IMG/VR virus record: IMGVR_UViG_3300044731_001157
Reading direction: 5' to 3' (one strand)
DNA from: an uncultured virus (IMG/VR IMGVR_UViG_3300044731_001157)
Taxonomy: Duplodnaviria > Heunggongvirae > Uroviricota > Caudoviricetes
Length of the DNA: 64,000 nucleotides
The stretch's first letter is position 1; each line of letters starts with the position of its first letter. Below are positions 28,431 to 38,691 of this stretch, piece after piece. The position numbers and the translations under genes were made by a program. Under the pieces are notes generated by a model. The model saw only the letters and a program-made list of their open reading frames with translations, did no database searches and was not told the origin of the DNA.

Positions 28431-31298
28431 ATGAAAGAATTAAAAGACATACTAACCGAAGAAGAATTAGAGTTAGCAACTAAAATGGCAAAGGAATTTG
28501 CTGAAAAAGTTTTATTGGATTTTTCTAATCAAAAAGAAGCACTTGCAACTGAAATTCAAAAACTTAAAGATGAAGATGAAGTTTTAAAAGTCGAATATTC
28601 ATCTATTGCTGAATGGAAACAACGTGAAGTTATAATGAACAAAAGAGGAGCTATTAGTGCTTTAGTTAATATTAAAACAAATCAATTAAAAAATATTGAT
28701 AATCAACTAAAAGCAATTTCAAATGGCGGTACTGTTGTTGAATTTGAGGACAAAACAGGAAAAGTTTACAAAGGTGTTCCTGATTTTAGAAATGTAAATA
28801 CAGACAAAATTATATTTGACCCAGAAACAATTTTAGTTGACCCTGCACCTGCATACATTCCTTTAATTGATGAAGAAAAATTTAGAATAAGAGGTACTAT
28901 TTTAGATGCAATTAGATATACAAATGATACCTATGTAGTTTCTTATTCAGACTATCAATATAGTACTTTTGAAAATCAATCGCAAGTGTTTTTAGTAACG
29001 CTTGACCAATTGGTTTTGATTAGCTTATACTATTTAACTAAACTAAAAGCGGTTAATAAGAAAAAAGCTGACCAAAAAACAGAAAAATCAAAAGAGTATT
29101 ATTTTTCATTACCATTAGAACGTAGAGAAAAACATTATGCTCAAAGAGGTTTTTACAGGTCTATTAATAAAACTTTACAAAAAAAATATAGTGAGGAAGA
29201 ATGGGATATTTTGCCTTTGAGTGAAAAAGAAAAACTTGTTCCAGCCTATAAAGTTTATGGTGCAGAAAAAATTAAAACAGCATTAAGAGAAGATAGAATG
29301 TACTCATCTTTTCACGATATGTATAATGTCTTTATTAATCCAGAATTTTTAAGAACTGCTTCTAATAAAACAACTCGATTAAAAATAGGAGAAAAATCTG
29401 TTGGAGCTCATGCACACCCATTAGTTTTTAAATATTGGAGAGATTTTAGAGAAATGATGGAATACAAGTTTAAGGATATTGAATTTCAAAGAGAAGAAAT
29501 GTCTGAAAACTATAAAACAGCTATTGAAACTTCATTTGGAGAATCTAATACCGAAAACTATTTGTATGCCGATTATGGAGTGTTGGTAAAAAGACAAAAC
29601 GGAGATAAGATAAACGCATCTGAAACCGAGCAAATCGAACAAGGTTTAATTGAAATTAGCAAAGTTTTTGGTAACTTAAAAGACGAATTTATTCAAAACA
29701 ATATGAAAATTTCTCATACTGGTAAGAAGTTGGTTTTTGCTCAAAAAGCGGTTGGAGTTTATATTCCAAGCATGGGAACTATTGCCGTTTCTGATAAGTA
29801 TGGAGAAATTCAATTTAACTCTACTTTTGCTCACGAATTGGCACACTTTATTGATAATAAATTAGGTCAAAAAAATGGTAAACGTTGGGAAACTGATAAC
29901 TTTGAATCTACTGCTGGTGTAATTGCTTTTACGTTTAGAAATAACTTAAATAAACCAAAAGAGCAACAAACTGATTATATCAATGCTACAAAGGAATGTT
30001 TTGCAAGAGCAATGCAACAATATTTTGTAATGCAAAAGTATGGCGATGATGTAGAAATAGTATATGGTTATGGTAACTTTTCTGTTCCAGAAAAAATAGC
30101 AAACCAAGAAGTTTTTGTAAACAAAGAAAATTTCAACTCAAAAATTAAACCTTTGATTGAACAATTCTTACAAGAAAATAAAGACTTTTTTAGTGCTGAA
30201 TTGCAAATGAAAAAAGTAGTAGAAGAAATAAAAGAAACTACTGCTGAAATTGTGCCTGCTATTGAAAATAAACCACAAATAGGACAAATAGTTGACTTTG
30301 GAGAAGGACTTGAAAAAATAACAAGAATAGTTAAAGTTAGAGATGGTAGAGAGTTTATTGAAGCTAAAAAAGTAGATGGTTCTGACGATAGGTTAAATTT
30401 ATATCCTTTGAGTGATTGGAGCGAAATACTTTCAAATCAAGATAAATACAAAGCACTAACTGAAGCGAGAGAATTTGACCAACAACAAAGAAAATTAAGA
30501 GAGGAAGCAAAAGCTAAAGAGGAATTAGAAAAACAAAAAGAATATGACAATATTGATGGTTTTTACGATGATAAATCTGCATTACAAAGAAGTAAAGTAT
30601 TAAAATATTTGAATAGTAATTTTGGAAAATCAAAAATAAAAAACGAAATAAGGGAAGCTATTTTTGAAAACAATGGTTATATTAACACAGATAAAAATGG
30701 CAATAAAACTATTAGGTATAATAAAAATGAAACTACTTATATTTTGTCAGATAAATTACAGACTAAAACCGCAATAGATTATGCCGAGTACTTAATTAAT
30801 GTTAGAGATTCTAAACAAGTAGAGCCAATCGATTTTGACATTTCAAAAATAAACTTAAAAGGTGTTACTACTATTTTTACAGAAGATAATGGTAAAACGC
30901 TAATTTATGGAACTAAAACAAATCAAACTCGAATTTCTGTCTTAAAAATGAGCCAAGAAGAAATTAAAGAAGAAATTGATTTTGAAAAAAAGATTTATGA
31001 AAAAACGAAAAAAGATATTTCTGAATTTAATGAATCTGAAATTAAAAATAGTTATGCTTTAAGTACAAAAGAAAAATTAGATATTATTAAATTGCATAAT
31101 CAATCTATTTTAAAAAATGAAGAACGCAAAAAAATAATTATTCCTTTTTTAGAAAGTCATTTAGAGCAAAATGAACAAGTAGAGCCAAGCGAATTACAAG
31201 AAGCAATAGAAACGCTTAAAATGTTGTTAGAAACTTTGCCTGACGATGAAAAACAAGAAGTAGAGGAAGCTTTAGAAATATTAGAAATGTTAAATTAA
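28431..31298 (+). CDS. Large polyvalent-type protein with zincin (HExxH) domain
   Basis: FAHELAHFID...ECFARAM. Confidence 0.7.
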   Translation: MKELKDILTEEELELATKMAKEFAEKVLLDFSNQKEALATEIQKLKDEDEVLKVEYSSIAEWKQREVIMNKRGAISALVNIKTNQLKNIDNQLKAISNGGTVVEFEDKTGKVYKGVPDFRNVNTDKIIFDPETILVDPAPAYIPLIDEEKFRIRGTILDAIRYTNDTYVVSYSDYQYSTFENQSQVFLVTLDQLVLISLYYLTKLKAVNKKKADQKTEKSKEYYFSLPLERREKHYAQRGFYRSINKTLQKKYSEEEWDILPLSEKEKLVPAYKVYGAEKIKTALREDRMYSSFHDMYNVFINPEFLRTASNKTTRLKIGEKSVGAHAHPLVFKYWRDFREMMEYKFKDIEFQREEMSENYKTAIETSFGESNTENYLYADYGVLVKRQNGDKINASETEQIEQGLIEISKVFGNLKDEFIQNNMKISHTGKKLVFAQKAVGVYIPSMGTIAVSDKYGEIQFNSTFAHELAHFIDNKLGQKNGKRWETDNFESTAGVIAFTFRNNLNKPKEQQTDYINATKECFARAMQQYFVMQKYGDDVEIVYGYGNFSVPEKIANQEVFVNKENFNSKIKPLIEQFLQENKDFFSAELQMKKVVEEIKETTAEIVPAIENKPQIGQIVDFGEGLEKITRIVKVRDGREFIEAKKVDGSDDRLNLYPLSDWSEILSNQDKYKALTEAREFDQQQRKLREEAKAKEELEKQKEYDNIDGFYDDKSALQRSKVLKYLNSNFGKSKIKNEIREAIFENNGYINTDKNGNKTIRYNKNETTYILSDKLQTKTAIDYAEYLINVRDSKQVEPIDFDISKINLKGVTTIFTEDNGKTLIYGTKTNQTRISVLKMSQEEIKEEIDFEKKIYEKTKKDISEFNESEIKNSYALSTKEKLDIIKLHNQSILKNEERKKIIIPFLESHLEQNEQVEPSELQEAIETLKMLLETLPDDEKQEVEEALEILEMLN

Positions 31299-31315
31299 AA
31301 TAACTAACCCATATT

Positions 31316-34300
31316 ATGGAAAAATTAGAAAAATTAAAAAAGTCGTTGGATAACAAGTTTATTCCAGACAACATGAAAGACAAAATTCGTGCAGAGATTA
31401 AAAAGTTAGAATCGGAAATTAAAACCGATGAAACTATGACTGCTACCGAAGTTAAAGAGGAAGTTAAAGAAATAGAGGAAAAAGTAGAAAAGGCACTTGA
31501 AGTAGCTGAAAAAAAAGAGGAGCAAGCAGAAGCTAAAGCCGAAGAAAAAAAGGAAAAAGCACCACGCAAAGCAAGAGAAAAAAAGGTTTCAACAAGTGAA
31601 ACCAAAACACAAAAAGTTGAGCCAAAAGCTACTGCAAAGAAAAAAAGTGTTTTCTCAATAGCAAAAGAAATTCGTAAAGATGGCGAAAGTTGGGAACAAG
31701 CTAAAGAACGTGCTTCTAAAATGATGAAGTCAGATACTACTGAAACTAAAAAGAAAGTAAGAACTGAAACCGACAAGTTATTGGCAATGGTTCGTAGAAA
31801 CAAAGAGTATAAAAAACTTGCAGGAAGTTCTAATTTACCTAAAGATGCTCAAAGACGTGCTTTGCCAAGAGGTAAAAGAGTATCGGCTGATGGTAATGTA
31901 TATTACGAAAACAGAGCCAATAGAGTAGATGTAGGTGGATTTAAAAATGCTTATTTAGAGAATGGTGGTGGTATTGAAAAATATCGTGTTTTTGAAGGTA
32001 TTGACCATTATAACAATAAACCTCTTTATAGAGTAGAAGATATGTCAGAAGATGGGGAATATGTAGGAGAATGGTATAAAACAAGACAAGAAGCAGAAGA
32101 TGAGTTGAGAGAAATGTTTGGTAATTCTTATGATAATGGTGGTAGTGTAGATAGAGAAAGATTTAATAAATTTATTTCTTCTCAAATTAATTATATAATT
32201 AGTTTAAAAACAATATCACAAAAGAGAGAGCCAATTCAGAATCTTATAAACAATATGGATGATTATTCTGGAGAAGAAATTCAAAAAAGAATTACAAAAG
32301 ATAATCTAAAATATGCTTTACAACAAAAAACGGTTTCAAAAATAAATGAAGTTTTAAGAATTTCTTTAAATGCGTTAAAATATGCCGATGGTGGTACAAT
32401 TATAGGAATGCCAGAAACACCGCTTGCAAGAGGTTTAGATATGTACTACACTACATTAGTTGGAGAAACTGGTGCAATGTCGAGTGGAGAATTGTTTGCA
32501 GGTGGTGGTAGTATTGAAAATCAATACGAAGGAAAAACGCCAAAACAAGTTTGGGAAATGTTAAATGAAAAACAAAAACAACATTTTTTATTAGACCATT
32601 TTAATCACTTTATAGTTGAAGAATTTAAAGGTAAAAATCTTATTGATATTTCAAAATTGGATTATAATAAATTACCTGCAAGAGTAAGATTAGAATTTGA
32701 TTATCATGTAAATAAAGGTCAATACGCAAATGGTGGCTACGCAGAAAAAGGCGTTTACGTTGAAACATTAGATGAAGAAATTGACTTATCTGAAGATGGT
32801 AGAGTAAAAGCAATAAAAACTCAACAAGGTGGTAATAAGTCTTTTGGAGAACGTAGAGAAATGCATGGTGCAAGTCCAGAAGCTCTGGCTTTTGCTGAAG
32901 GTGGCTCACTTGGTAATCATGGATTAAAACAAGGCGACCAAATCATTAAAACTATGTCAGGTGGCGTACAAAAAGTAAAAACTAAAAGTGGCGATATTGT
33001 TTACGTTAATTTAGCAAATGGTTATAGAGGAGATGTACCGCAATTACCTTTTGATAAAGGAGGAAGAATAAGAGATAGAAAATACTTAAACCATAGTGAA
33101 GATTACGAAGTTCGTTACTCAAAAGACAAACCACATAGACGAGGGTATGGGTATGCAGAAGGCGGTGTAACTAAAAACTACATTAACCGAAAAGAATTAA
33201 ATACCATTACCATTAAAAAAGGCGACCAGAAATTGACTTATAAAGTATCAGATGTATATAATGGTGCATACAAGTTAGAAGATGGCGGAAACCTTGAAAA
33301 AATGGCTTTTTACGTTTCAAAAAGAAATATAGTTAAAGTTCAATTAAAAGATGGTAAAGATGTAAAGGTTGCAAACGGATATTGGATTAAAAAAGGTGCA
33401 AAACCAATTCATACTTCTAAATACGATGATGGGGGTCAATTAGAAATGGAATACGCTGGCGGTGGCTCAACAGAAGTAGGTTACTTTAAAAACGAAATAG
33501 ATAATGATTATATTTCTGAAATTAATAAATATTTCAACAAATGGAATAGTATTAAAACAGAAAAAGATTCTGAAAATTTCAAAAAAATAAAACCACCTAT
33601 GTTTGGAACATATCAAGAAACAGATATTTTAGAACAGATAAAACATTTTGAAAAAATAGGTATTCCTTTTTATGCTAATGAAGTTAATAGAAATCAATTC
33701 AAAAAAGAAGTTGCTAAAATAATTGAAAAATGGTTAAATACTAAATCTTACTCTGGCGGTGGCAAAATCGAAACTAAAATTCAAAAAAAAGTAGATGAGG
33801 TTAACGCTCTTATTGAAAAAGCAGTAGATAGCGATGGCGACCCACTTATGGTTGTAGATACAACTGGAACTTGGGAAGAACCAATGCAATACAAACCAAT
33901 AGTTTACAAAAATGGTAGATTGTATATAGAGTATTTTGAGCCTTATTCTGGAAAAACAGAAAAAGAAGTTGTCAATAAATCCAATATAGATTTGGATGGT
34001 TATCCAACTTTGTTGAATATTGCTAAAATGTATCGTAAAGCATTAAAAGAAAAAGGCATTTCTTATGCTGGCGGTGGTTCAACAGAAGTAGGTTACTTTA
34101 AAAACGAAATAGATAATGATTATATTTCTGAAATTAATAAATATTTCAACAAATGGAATAGTATTAAAACAGAAAAAGATTCTGAAAATTTCAAAAAAAT
34201 AAAACCACCTATGTTTGGAACATATCAAGAAACAGATATTTTAGAACAGATAAAACATTTTGAAAAAATAGGTATTCCTTTTTATGCTAATGAAGTTATT

Positions 34301-34663
34301 AGAAATCAATTCAAAAAAGAAGTTGCTAAAATAATTGAAAAATGGTTAAATACTAAATCTTACGCTGGCGGTGGCAAAACCACTTTCAAAGAGAAAGCAA
34401 CTGCAATAGCCAAAAATTTTGAAGGCAAAAAGGTAGAACCAAAATATCAAAAAGAGTATGGTAAGACTTATGACAAAGCCGAAGCAAAAGAAGTAGGTAA
34501 TAAAATTGCAGGAAGTCAGAAAGCGAAGTACGATAGTAAGATGTCAGGGGGTGGCAAAACCAAAAGAGGTGGTGCTATGCAATTAGCAAAACAAATTCGT
34601 AAAGATGGCGAAAGTTGGCAAAGTGCATTGAAACGTGCAAACGAGCAAATGCGAAAAAAATAG
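31316..34663 (+). CDS. Lys-rich modular polyprotein, candidate core protein
   Basis: About 15 [YFLM]xxGG motifs; AK.IRKDGESW..A..RA near both ends; internal duplication. Confidence 0.75.
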   Translation: MEKLEKLKKSLDNKFIPDNMKDKIRAEIKKLESEIKTDETMTATEVKEEVKEIEEKVEKALEVAEKKEEQAEAKAEEKKEKAPRKAREKKVSTSETKTQKVEPKATAKKKSVFSIAKEIRKDGESWEQAKERASKMMKSDTTETKKKVRTETDKLLAMVRRNKEYKKLAGSSNLPKDAQRRALPRGKRVSADGNVYYENRANRVDVGGFKNAYLENGGGIEKYRVFEGIDHYNNKPLYRVEDMSEDGEYVGEWYKTRQEAEDELREMFGNSYDNGGSVDRERFNKFISSQINYIISLKTISQKREPIQNLINNMDDYSGEEIQKRITKDNLKYALQQKTVSKINEVLRISLNALKYADGGTIIGMPETPLARGLDMYYTTLVGETGAMSSGELFAGGGSIENQYEGKTPKQVWEMLNEKQKQHFLLDHFNHFIVEEFKGKNLIDISKLDYNKLPARVRLEFDYHVNKGQYANGGYAEKGVYVETLDEEIDLSEDGRVKAIKTQQGGNKSFGERREMHGASPEALAFAEGGSLGNHGLKQGDQIIKTMSGGVQKVKTKSGDIVYVNLANGYRGDVPQLPFDKGGRIRDRKYLNHSEDYEVRYSKDKPHRRGYGYAEGGVTKNYINRKELNTITIKKGDQKLTYKVSDVYNGAYKLEDGGNLEKMAFYVSKRNIVKVQLKDGKDVKVANGYWIKKGAKPIHTSKYDDGGQLEMEYAGGGSTEVGYFKNEIDNDYISEINKYFNKWNSIKTEKDSENFKKIKPPMFGTYQETDILEQIKHFEKIGIPFYANEVNRNQFKKEVAKIIEKWLNTKSYSGGGKIETKIQKKVDEVNALIEKAVDSDGDPLMVVDTTGTWEEPMQYKPIVYKNGRLYIEYFEPYSGKTEKEVVNKSNIDLDGYPTLLNIAKMYRKALKEKGISYAGGGSTEVGYFKNEIDNDYISEINKYFNKWNSIKTEKDSENFKKIKPPMFGTYQETDILEQIKHFEKIGIPFYANEVIRNQFKKEVAKIIEKWLNTKSYAGGGKTTFKEKATAIAKNFEGKKVEPKYQKEYGKTYDKAEAKEVGNKIAGSQKAKYDSKMSGGGKTKRGGAMQLAKQIRKDGESWQSALKRANEQMRKK
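33452..34379 (+). repeat. 316-bp in-frame direct repeat (33452-33767, 34064-34379)
   Basis: About four substitutions; both copies begin and end at YxGGG codons. Confidence 0.92.
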
Positions 34664-34754
34664 TAAAATTAAGTCAAGGTGTTAATTGAAATACATTAAC
34701 GCCTTGATTTTAAAAAAAATAGTATATTTACACTTTAAAATAAAAAAAATAATT

Positions 34755-35414
34755 ATGGCAAAATTTACAATAGTAAATTCAACTTTACAAATATCGGTAG
34801 GAGCAACAAATGTGTTGTACTTACCAACGCTATATATTGGTTTACAAAGTATTAGTTTGTATGAAACTGCTCCAAGAGTAGTATTGTTTAATACAGCTCA
34901 AGGTAACAACTTGACTGTTTTTGAAGGACTTTTGTCGGATTGTGAAGATTCAACAGGAACACCTTTTACTTTATCTTCTTTTCTGACATTTGCTTCAACT
35001 TATTTTGGAACAAGTTCAACTTCTGCTTCTCCAGTACCAGTTAGTCCAAGACCAAACAATACTGGAGCAAATGGAACAACTCCTTACAAATTAATATCTA
35101 CTGCTTCTACAAATGCAAATGTTGTAAAAGCAAGTGGCGGTAACTTATATTCTATAATTGCAATTGGTTTAACAAGTACTGTTAGATACTTAAAAATTTA
35201 TAGTAAAGCAACTGCACCAACAGTAGGAACTGATGAGCCTTTAATGACTATTCCAGTACCAGCTAATACGCAAGGAGCTGGGGTTGCTATTCCTTTTTCA
35301 ATGGGAGTTAATTTTCCTTTAGGGATTGGTATCGCAATTACAAGTGGTTCGGCAACTGCTGATACAGGTGCGGTTGGAGCAGGAGATGTGATTGTTAATT
35401 TAACTTTCGCATAA
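34755..35414 (+). CDS. Putative virion surface/spike protein
   Basis: S/T/A-rich beta protein; ATG 34755 preferred. Confidence 0.55.
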   Translation: MAKFTIVNSTLQISVGATNVLYLPTLYIGLQSISLYETAPRVVLFNTAQGNNLTVFEGLLSDCEDSTGTPFTLSSFLTFASTYFGTSSTSASPVPVSPRPNNTGANGTTPYKLISTASTNANVVKASGGNLYSIIAIGLTSTVRYLKIYSKATAPTVGTDEPLMTIPVPANTQGAGVAIPFSMGVNFPLGIGIAITSGSATADTGAVGAGDVIVNLTFA

Positions 35415-35415
35415 T

Positions 35416-36207
35416 ATGTTAACATTATTAGGAGCAGGACAAGGACAAAATAGCTCGTTTGATGCAGATTATCAAGCTGTATTGAATAAAGCTGTTGCAC
35501 TTGGATATACATTACCTCCAGATTCTCAACAAATAAAACAAAACGATTTAGTTTTAGCTTTAAAGGCAGGTGGTATATGGAACAAACTTGATGTGTTCTA
35601 TGTTTTTGCTTATGATTCATCAAGTGGAGTTGATTTTGGAAGGATAAATTGGAAAAATCCAAATTCATATTTAGCAACTTTAATTAATCCTTTAACTTTT
35701 ACATCTAATCAGGGGTTATTAGGTAATGGTTCAACTGCTTACATTGATACAACTTTTATTCCTACTATTGGAACTAATAATTATCAAGCCACAAATGCAA
35801 GTAGATATGTTTATTTGTATTCTGTTACTTTAAATCAAACAGGTCCATTAGATGGTAACGATACTGTTAATAATAACAATATACAAAGAAGTGGAAGTAC
35901 TGGGAATAATAGAATTAATCAAGGAAGTACTGTAATTTCTCCATCTTTTGGTTATACAGCTACAAAAGGTATGAAGTCTATACATAGAACAAGTAATACT
36001 GATTTAACTCTTTTTAATGCAACTACTTCAGCTACTGCTACTAACACAGGTTCAGCATCTTTACCAAATTTATCACAATATATATTAAGGTCTGGAATTA
36101 CTTATTCAGCTCATAATAGAATATCTATGTACTCAATGGGAGCGTCTTTAATTGCTGAAAACACAGCTTATGTAACAGCTTTTGATAATTACATAAACTC
36201 TTTATAA
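35416..36207 (+). CDS. Putative receptor-binding/lectin-like virion protein
   Basis: LKAGGIWNKLD..YVF, GNGSTAYIDT.F; S/T/N-rich. Confidence 0.55.
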   Translation: MLTLLGAGQGQNSSFDADYQAVLNKAVALGYTLPPDSQQIKQNDLVLALKAGGIWNKLDVFYVFAYDSSSGVDFGRINWKNPNSYLATLINPLTFTSNQGLLGNGSTAYIDTTFIPTIGTNNYQATNASRYVYLYSVTLNQTGPLDGNDTVNNNNIQRSGSTGNNRINQGSTVISPSFGYTATKGMKSIHRTSNTDLTLFNATTSATATNTGSASLPNLSQYILRSGITYSAHNRISMYSMGASLIAENTAYVTAFDNYINSL

Positions 36208-36208
36208 T

Positions 36209-36409
36209 ATGATAGTTTTACATCCAAATACAGAACAATACAATGCTTTAAATGGGTACACAAATGGTGCTTGTAAATTAGAGTTTGTAAAAGATGGAGC
36301 AGGTAAATGGTTTATGACACTTGATGCACTTACATACGAACCATTTCAGCCAATTTACGACCAATTAAATGAGTTAGAAAGGATTGAATATACACCATTT
36401 CCAGAATAA
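36209..36409 (+). CDS. Small hypothetical protein, possible spike chaperone
   Basis: Directly follows lectin-like gene. Confidence 0.55.
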   Translation: MIVLHPNTEQYNALNGYTNGACKLEFVKDGAGKWFMTLDALTYEPFQPIYDQLNELERIEYTPFPE

Positions 36410-36473
36410 CTTATATTATAATTAAAATTTATTATATTTGTAATTAAATTAACTTAAATAAATACCGAAAAAA

Positions 36474-36875
36474 ATGGATAAAATTAAAATTTTGTTAGAG
36501 AAATTGAACAATAAGGTAACAGCACCTATTGGTAAAAGATTAGATGGTTTGAAGAATTTACATCAAAGATTAGATTTAGCTAAAAAAGAGTTAGAAGCTA
36601 ATCCAGATGACGAAGAATTAAAAGAATCTTTAGAAGAAATTACAGATTATGTAAATGACTATGAAGATGATTTAATTGAAGATTTAGAGGACTTGTTAGA
36701 AGAAAAAATAAAATCTATTGAAAAACCAAAAGGAGAAGAAAAACCAAATTCAGTAGAAACGCCTATCGTTGAAGAAAAAGAAAAATCTTCTGGTGGAATT
36801 ACTGCTTTGATTATCGGAAGTGTATTGCTTGTTGCCAGTATCGGAGCAATAAACATATTTAAAAATAATAGATAA
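36474..36875 (+). CDS. Acidic tail-anchored membrane protein
   Basis: C-terminal TM; TATATTTG promoter at about 36433. Confidence 0.7.
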   Translation: MDKIKILLEKLNNKVTAPIGKRLDGLKNLHQRLDLAKKELEANPDDEELKESLEEITDYVNDYEDDLIEDLEDLLEEKIKSIEKPKGEEKPNSVETPIVEEKEKSSGGITALIIGSVLLVASIGAINIFKNNR

Positions 36876-36887
36876 AAAATAAAAGAA

Positions 36888-37433
36888 ATGGCTGTAAAAA
36901 CTAAATCTGAATTAGATAAATTAACCAATGAGGAGTTAATTAAATATATGGATTCATTGCCATATAGTACATTTTCTACTATGGGAGAACCTGATGCAAA
37001 AGTTAAGTATTTTATAGCTAAATATGGTAAAATGTTTGCAAAAGAGGTAAAAGGTAGTGGCTTGTTTTTAAGTGCTGTAATACCTATGTCTATGACTGAA
37101 AGTTTTTTTGGAAGAAGTAATATTTTTATGAATGGTAATAATTTTGGTGGTGTAAGGTATAATTCAAACATTCACAAAGATTTTTATCAATCTTCAACTG
37201 GAAAATGGGCAAAATGGAAAAATCATGAAGAAGGAATAAAAGGATATATTGATAATCTAAAATCAAAAAGGTATGAAAAAGCAAGATTAAATGCCAAAAA
37301 TCCAGAAGAACAAATTTTATTAATTCATGATGCTGGTTATGACCCTTTAACAACAAGACAACAGTATTTAAGCAAAATGAAACGTAATGTAGATAGAGTT
37401 AGAAATATTTTAGGATTTGGTAGAATAGAATAA
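36888..37433 (+). CDS. GH73 glucosaminidase-like peptidoglycan hydrolase
   Basis: TESFFG.S, NNFGGV, KW...EEGI..Y, AGY. Confidence 0.75.
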   Translation: MAVKTKSELDKLTNEELIKYMDSLPYSTFSTMGEPDAKVKYFIAKYGKMFAKEVKGSGLFLSAVIPMSMTESFFGRSNIFMNGNNFGGVRYNSNIHKDFYQSSTGKWAKWKNHEEGIKGYIDNLKSKRYEKARLNAKNPEEQILLIHDAGYDPLTTRQQYLSKMKRNVDRVRNILGFGRIE

Positions 37434-37435
37434 TT

Positions 37436-37591
37436 ATGGGAAATAAGTTTATAAAATATTCGGTTGTAATACTTGGTTTAGGAGTAATATCAGCATTATC
37501 TTTTTTCACACTTCAAAGATTTTTGGAAATGAAAAAAGATGTTAAAGTAGTTTCGTTGGATGAAGCAAACGAAATAATAGATAATATGTAA
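37436..37591 (+). CDS. 51-aa membrane protein (not in ORF track)
   Basis: MGNKFIKYSVVILGLGVISALSFF; fills gap exactly. Confidence 0.65.
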   Translation: MGNKFIKYSVVILGLGVISALSFFTLQRFLEMKKDVKVVSLDEANEIIDNM

Positions 37592-37884
37592 TGGCTTACA
37601 AAATTTTACCATATAGCTTTAGAAAGGCAAAAGAGTTGGGGGTGGTTATTAAACCATCTACCAACCTTTTGAAAAAAATAGATGTTTTTAAAAATGGTAA
37701 GAAAGTAGCAAGTATTGGTGCAAGAGGAATGAATGACTACCCTACATATATTGAAAAAGAAAAAAAAGGGTATTACGAAAAAGGTTACGCATACAAGCGT
37801 AGAAAATTGTATAAAGAAAGGCATGAAAAAGACCGACATAAAGTTGGTTCAAATGGATATTATGCTGATAAAATATTGTGGTAA
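37591..37884 (+). CDS. DUF5754/Tlr6F-like basic viral protein
   Basis: GARGMNDYPTY...RRKLYKERH...SNGYYADKILW. Confidence 0.6.
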   Translation: MAYKILPYSFRKAKELGVVIKPSTNLLKKIDVFKNGKKVASIGARGMNDYPTYIEKEKKGYYEKGYAYKRRKLYKERHEKDRHKVGSNGYYADKILW

Positions 37885-38564
37885 TGGCAGATTATAGAAA
37901 CATAGTTCCGTTTATTAGAAAAGTTGAAGGGGGAGTAAGCTCTAACCCTAAAGATACTGCTTCTCAAAATCCTTCGCCTTGCGGAAGTAAGAATGGTTAT
38001 CCAATTCATACGAATAAAGGTATTCAATGGGCAACTTTTAAGGGATTGGCTTCAAAAGGTGGTTATACAGCAAGTTGTGATAATTTTATAAATATGCCAG
38101 ATAGTGTTTGGTTAAAGGTTTATAAAACAGGTTTTTGGGATGCAATAAAAGGAGATGAGATAAGAAATCAAGCAATTGCAAATACATTTGTAGAAATGAA
38201 TTGGGGTAGCGGAATGGGAAGTGTTACCAAAGGTACTGGAACATTAGGTTGGTTAAATAGTTTTTTTCAAAAAAATTACAATAAAAACCTTACGACAATA
38301 TCTCAAATGGTAGATTTTGTTAATGAATTAGATAAAAAAGGTCAAACACCAGAATTATTTGAAAAACTGAATGACTTTAGAGCAAATAAATACAAGGCTT
38401 TAAATCAACCAACTTTTATAAAAGGGTGGCTGAATAGATTAGATGCTTTTTATGTACTAAACAAGCCTTACGCTTTGTCAACAGGTAATAAATTAGCATT
38501 AGTTTTAGGAATTGGATTAATCGCATTAGGAGGTGCATACATATATGTTAGAACAAGAAAATAA
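37884..38564 (+). CDS. GH108 lysozyme with C-terminal TM anchor
   Basis: EGGVSSNPKD, TNKGI, FWD, GWLNR; terminal TM. Confidence 0.8.
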   Translation: MADYRNIVPFIRKVEGGVSSNPKDTASQNPSPCGSKNGYPIHTNKGIQWATFKGLASKGGYTASCDNFINMPDSVWLKVYKTGFWDAIKGDEIRNQAIANTFVEMNWGSGMGSVTKGTGTLGWLNSFFQKNYNKNLTTISQMVDFVNELDKKGQTPELFEKLNDFRANKYKALNQPTFIKGWLNRLDAFYVLNKPYALSTGNKLALVLGIGLIALGGAYIYVRTRK

Positions 38565-38691
38565 ACAAGAAAAAAACACACAAGTACACAAACATTTATC
38601 GACTGTATTTGTTGTAGTTGGAATTGTGTCATTTACATTAGGTGCAATAGTAAATTACTACACCATTAAAAGATTAAACGGAAAAGCATAA
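38545..38691 (+). CDS. 48-aa membrane protein (not in ORF track)
   Basis: ...HLSTVFVVVGIVSFTLGAIVNYY... Confidence 0.6.
   Translation: MLEQENKQEKNTQVHKHLSTVFVVVGIVSFTLGAIVNYYTIKRLNGKA

Noticed and set aside
33452..34379. Assembly artefact for the 316-bp repeat
   Set aside because: Copies differ at about four sites, stay in frame and are motif-bounded; read check still advisable
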